Assembly (NCBI GenBank): GCA_963740315.1 | Contig: CAVUDP010000002.1 | Coordinates: 2,976,001-3,040,000, forward strand | DNA length: 64,000 nucleotides | Source of the DNA: an uncultured cyanobacterium | GTDB taxonomy: Bacteria; Cyanobacteriota; Cyanobacteriia; Cyanobacteriales; Nostocaceae | Reading direction: 5' to 3' | Shown here: piece after piece, positions 62,549 through 64,000 of the stretch | Layout: every line of letters begins with the position of its first letter | How positions within the stretch are numbered: the first letter of the stretch is position 1 | Program-made: the position numbers and the translations under genes | The notes under the pieces: generated by a model | What the model saw: only the letters and a program-made list of their open reading frames with translations | Told to the model about the DNA's origin: nothing | Databases searched by the model: none

Positions 62549-64000
62549 ATGACGCAGCGCAAAAATGCCCATAACCATTCGCAATCAGCATGGCAGCGCT
62601 CGCTACCAGCGCAAAGCCTCTGTTGGCTTGGCAGCTTCAGCTTACTGAGCAGTGGCTTTGTAGTTGCCCAAACAACTTCCGGAATAGACAATATTGTTCC
62701 TACTGCGAAATCCTCACAGGCAAGGAATAGTAAAAAGGTCACGCAAAATAAACCTATTGTTATTAGTGTCACTCCTAAGCCGGAGTCACCTAAACCCGAA
62801 GTTGATTTTTCTGAACGTCGAGGCAAACTTAGACAAAGATTATCTGTTAAAAAATCTTCGGCGGATAGTGCTAAAAAGCCCGCACCAAGAGTAAAAGTTA
62901 CGACGACTAATAAAAAATCTTCGGCTACTTTAAGAACAAGATTAAAGCGTTCTCGCACCAATTCTGTAGTCGTTAAGCTCAAAAAGAAAGCGCCGACTAC
63001 CAGCCCAAGAGTAGTAATTAAAAAGAAACCTACTCTAACAAAACCTACTGCCTCAAAAGTTCGTGTTTCTTCACCCAAGAAGACTCAGACAATTCTTCCT
63101 AAAATTAATACCGTTAGGAAACCCCAAAAGGATTACAACAACGCTTTAATTGACCCCACAAATTACGGTAAAAAGTATCAAGCGCCCAATTCTGTAGTGA
63201 TTACAGGGCGTAAAAGCGGTTGTCAATCAGTTGCAAGCGGACAAGGAATTTCCGGTAATTGCGGTGTTTCTGCAAGTCGAACTCAAGTTAGTTCTAAAAA
63301 AACTCCCACTGAGAAAACAACACCTAACTGGTTAAAAGCAAGCCAAAACGCCACCATAGCGTCTGGTACACCTTCAAGAAGTGTTGTTCCGAAGATTAAA
63401 AAAACAACAAAAACAGCACCATCTCCGACTAAAGTTAGTTCGAGCGAAGTCACTAAAACTGTATTACCTAAAAAATCAGTTAATACTTATCGCCCTAGCA
63501 AAACCATACAGCAGGTTGCTTCTGTTACGCCGAATGTAGTCAAGAAAGTTGTTAAATCTGTCGCTCCAGTTGCTTCTAGAAGCTCTATAAACCGAGTTGC
63601 TCCTCGTAGCTCCAAAGCGTACAGTTCCAATCGCTTTATTCCACAACCAAGCAGTTTTACCCCCCAGACTACAGTTAGTCAAGAACCAATTGCGCCTACT
63701 GCTGGAATGCTAGCAGCGCCAATGATGGCTAACAACACCGCACCTCGTCCTAGTGCTGTAGCTTACAATATCCCCCTGGCATCGGCACTACCAAAAGTTG
63801 CTTACAGTGGTGGCGCTTATAGTTCCAACTATAATCCCGACGGATTGGTATTTCCTCTTTCCGTACCGTCTGCAATCAGTTCTGTATTCGGTTGGAGACA
63901 ACATCCACTAACTGGTAATCGCCGTTTTCATTCGGGTATAGATTTAGCTGCGGCGAGTGGAACCCCGGTTTTGGCAACTTATTCAGGACAAGTGGAAATT
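62549..64000 (+). CDS. M23-family metallopeptidase, running off the window end
   Basis: ATG 62549 (MTQRKN...) is in frame with ISSVFGWRQHPLTGNRRFHSGIDL near the end; long K/S/T/P-rich linker. Confidence 0.88.
   Translation, partial: MTQRKNAHNHSQSAWQRSLPAQSLCWLGSFSLLSSGFVVAQTTSGIDNIVPTAKSSQARNSKKVTQNKPIVISVTPKPESPKPEVDFSERRGKLRQRLSVKKSSADSAKKPAPRVKVTTTNKKSSATLRTRLKRSRTNSVVVKLKKKAPTTSPRVVIKKKPTLTKPTASKVRVSSPKKTQTILPKINTVRKPQKDYNNALIDPTNYGKKYQAPNSVVITGRKSGCQSVASGQGISGNCGVSASRTQVSSKKTPTEKTTPNWLKASQNATIASGTPSRSVVPKIKKTTKTAPSPTKVSSSEVTKTVLPKKSVNTYRPSKTIQQVASVTPNVVKKVVKSVAPVASRSSINRVAPRSSKAYSSNRFIPQPSSFTPQTTVSQEPIAPTAGMLAAPMMANNTAPRPSAVAYNIPLASALPKVAYSGGAYSSNYNPDGLVFPLSVPSAISSVFGWRQHPLTGNRRFHSGIDLAAASGTPVLATYSGQVEI

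Noticed and set aside
62539..63682. Listed ORFs 62539-63078, 62694-62894 and 63476-63682
   Set aside because: Shadows of the long plus-strand M23 peptidase frame

Overview
AT-rich chromosomal window from a heterocyst-forming filamentous cyanobacterium (Nostocales, Rivularia/Calothrix-like). This is inferred from devH, frequent HIP1 (GCGATCGC) sites and many STRR heptamer tracts. Most of it is conserved core: polA, devH-pacR-Z-ISO-trxC-ndhF1-ndhD1, psb27-cofH, three tandem SLH/OprB porins, a CRP regulator, phoX, phoU-sphS-sphR, a coiled-coil pair matching ZicK/ZacK by synteny, hisA, csaB, rbrA, pgeF, birA and a partial M23 peptidase. The best candidates for unexplained biology are: (1) a ~145-nt rod-like RNA hairpin behind a perfect LexA-type palindrome in the leader of the coiled-coil pair; (2) a Cas4-like nuclease of the type found beside cyanobacterial Argonautes at the left edge; (3) an orphan multibranch RNA candidate and a tandem array of nested palindromic elements between phoX and phoU; (4) 21- and 24-nt micro-insertions in HIP1 sites; (5) a Yfr2-like sRNA and Yfr1-type sites on two of the three porins. 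Gene names come from recalled family motifs and gene order. No searches or folding programs were run.
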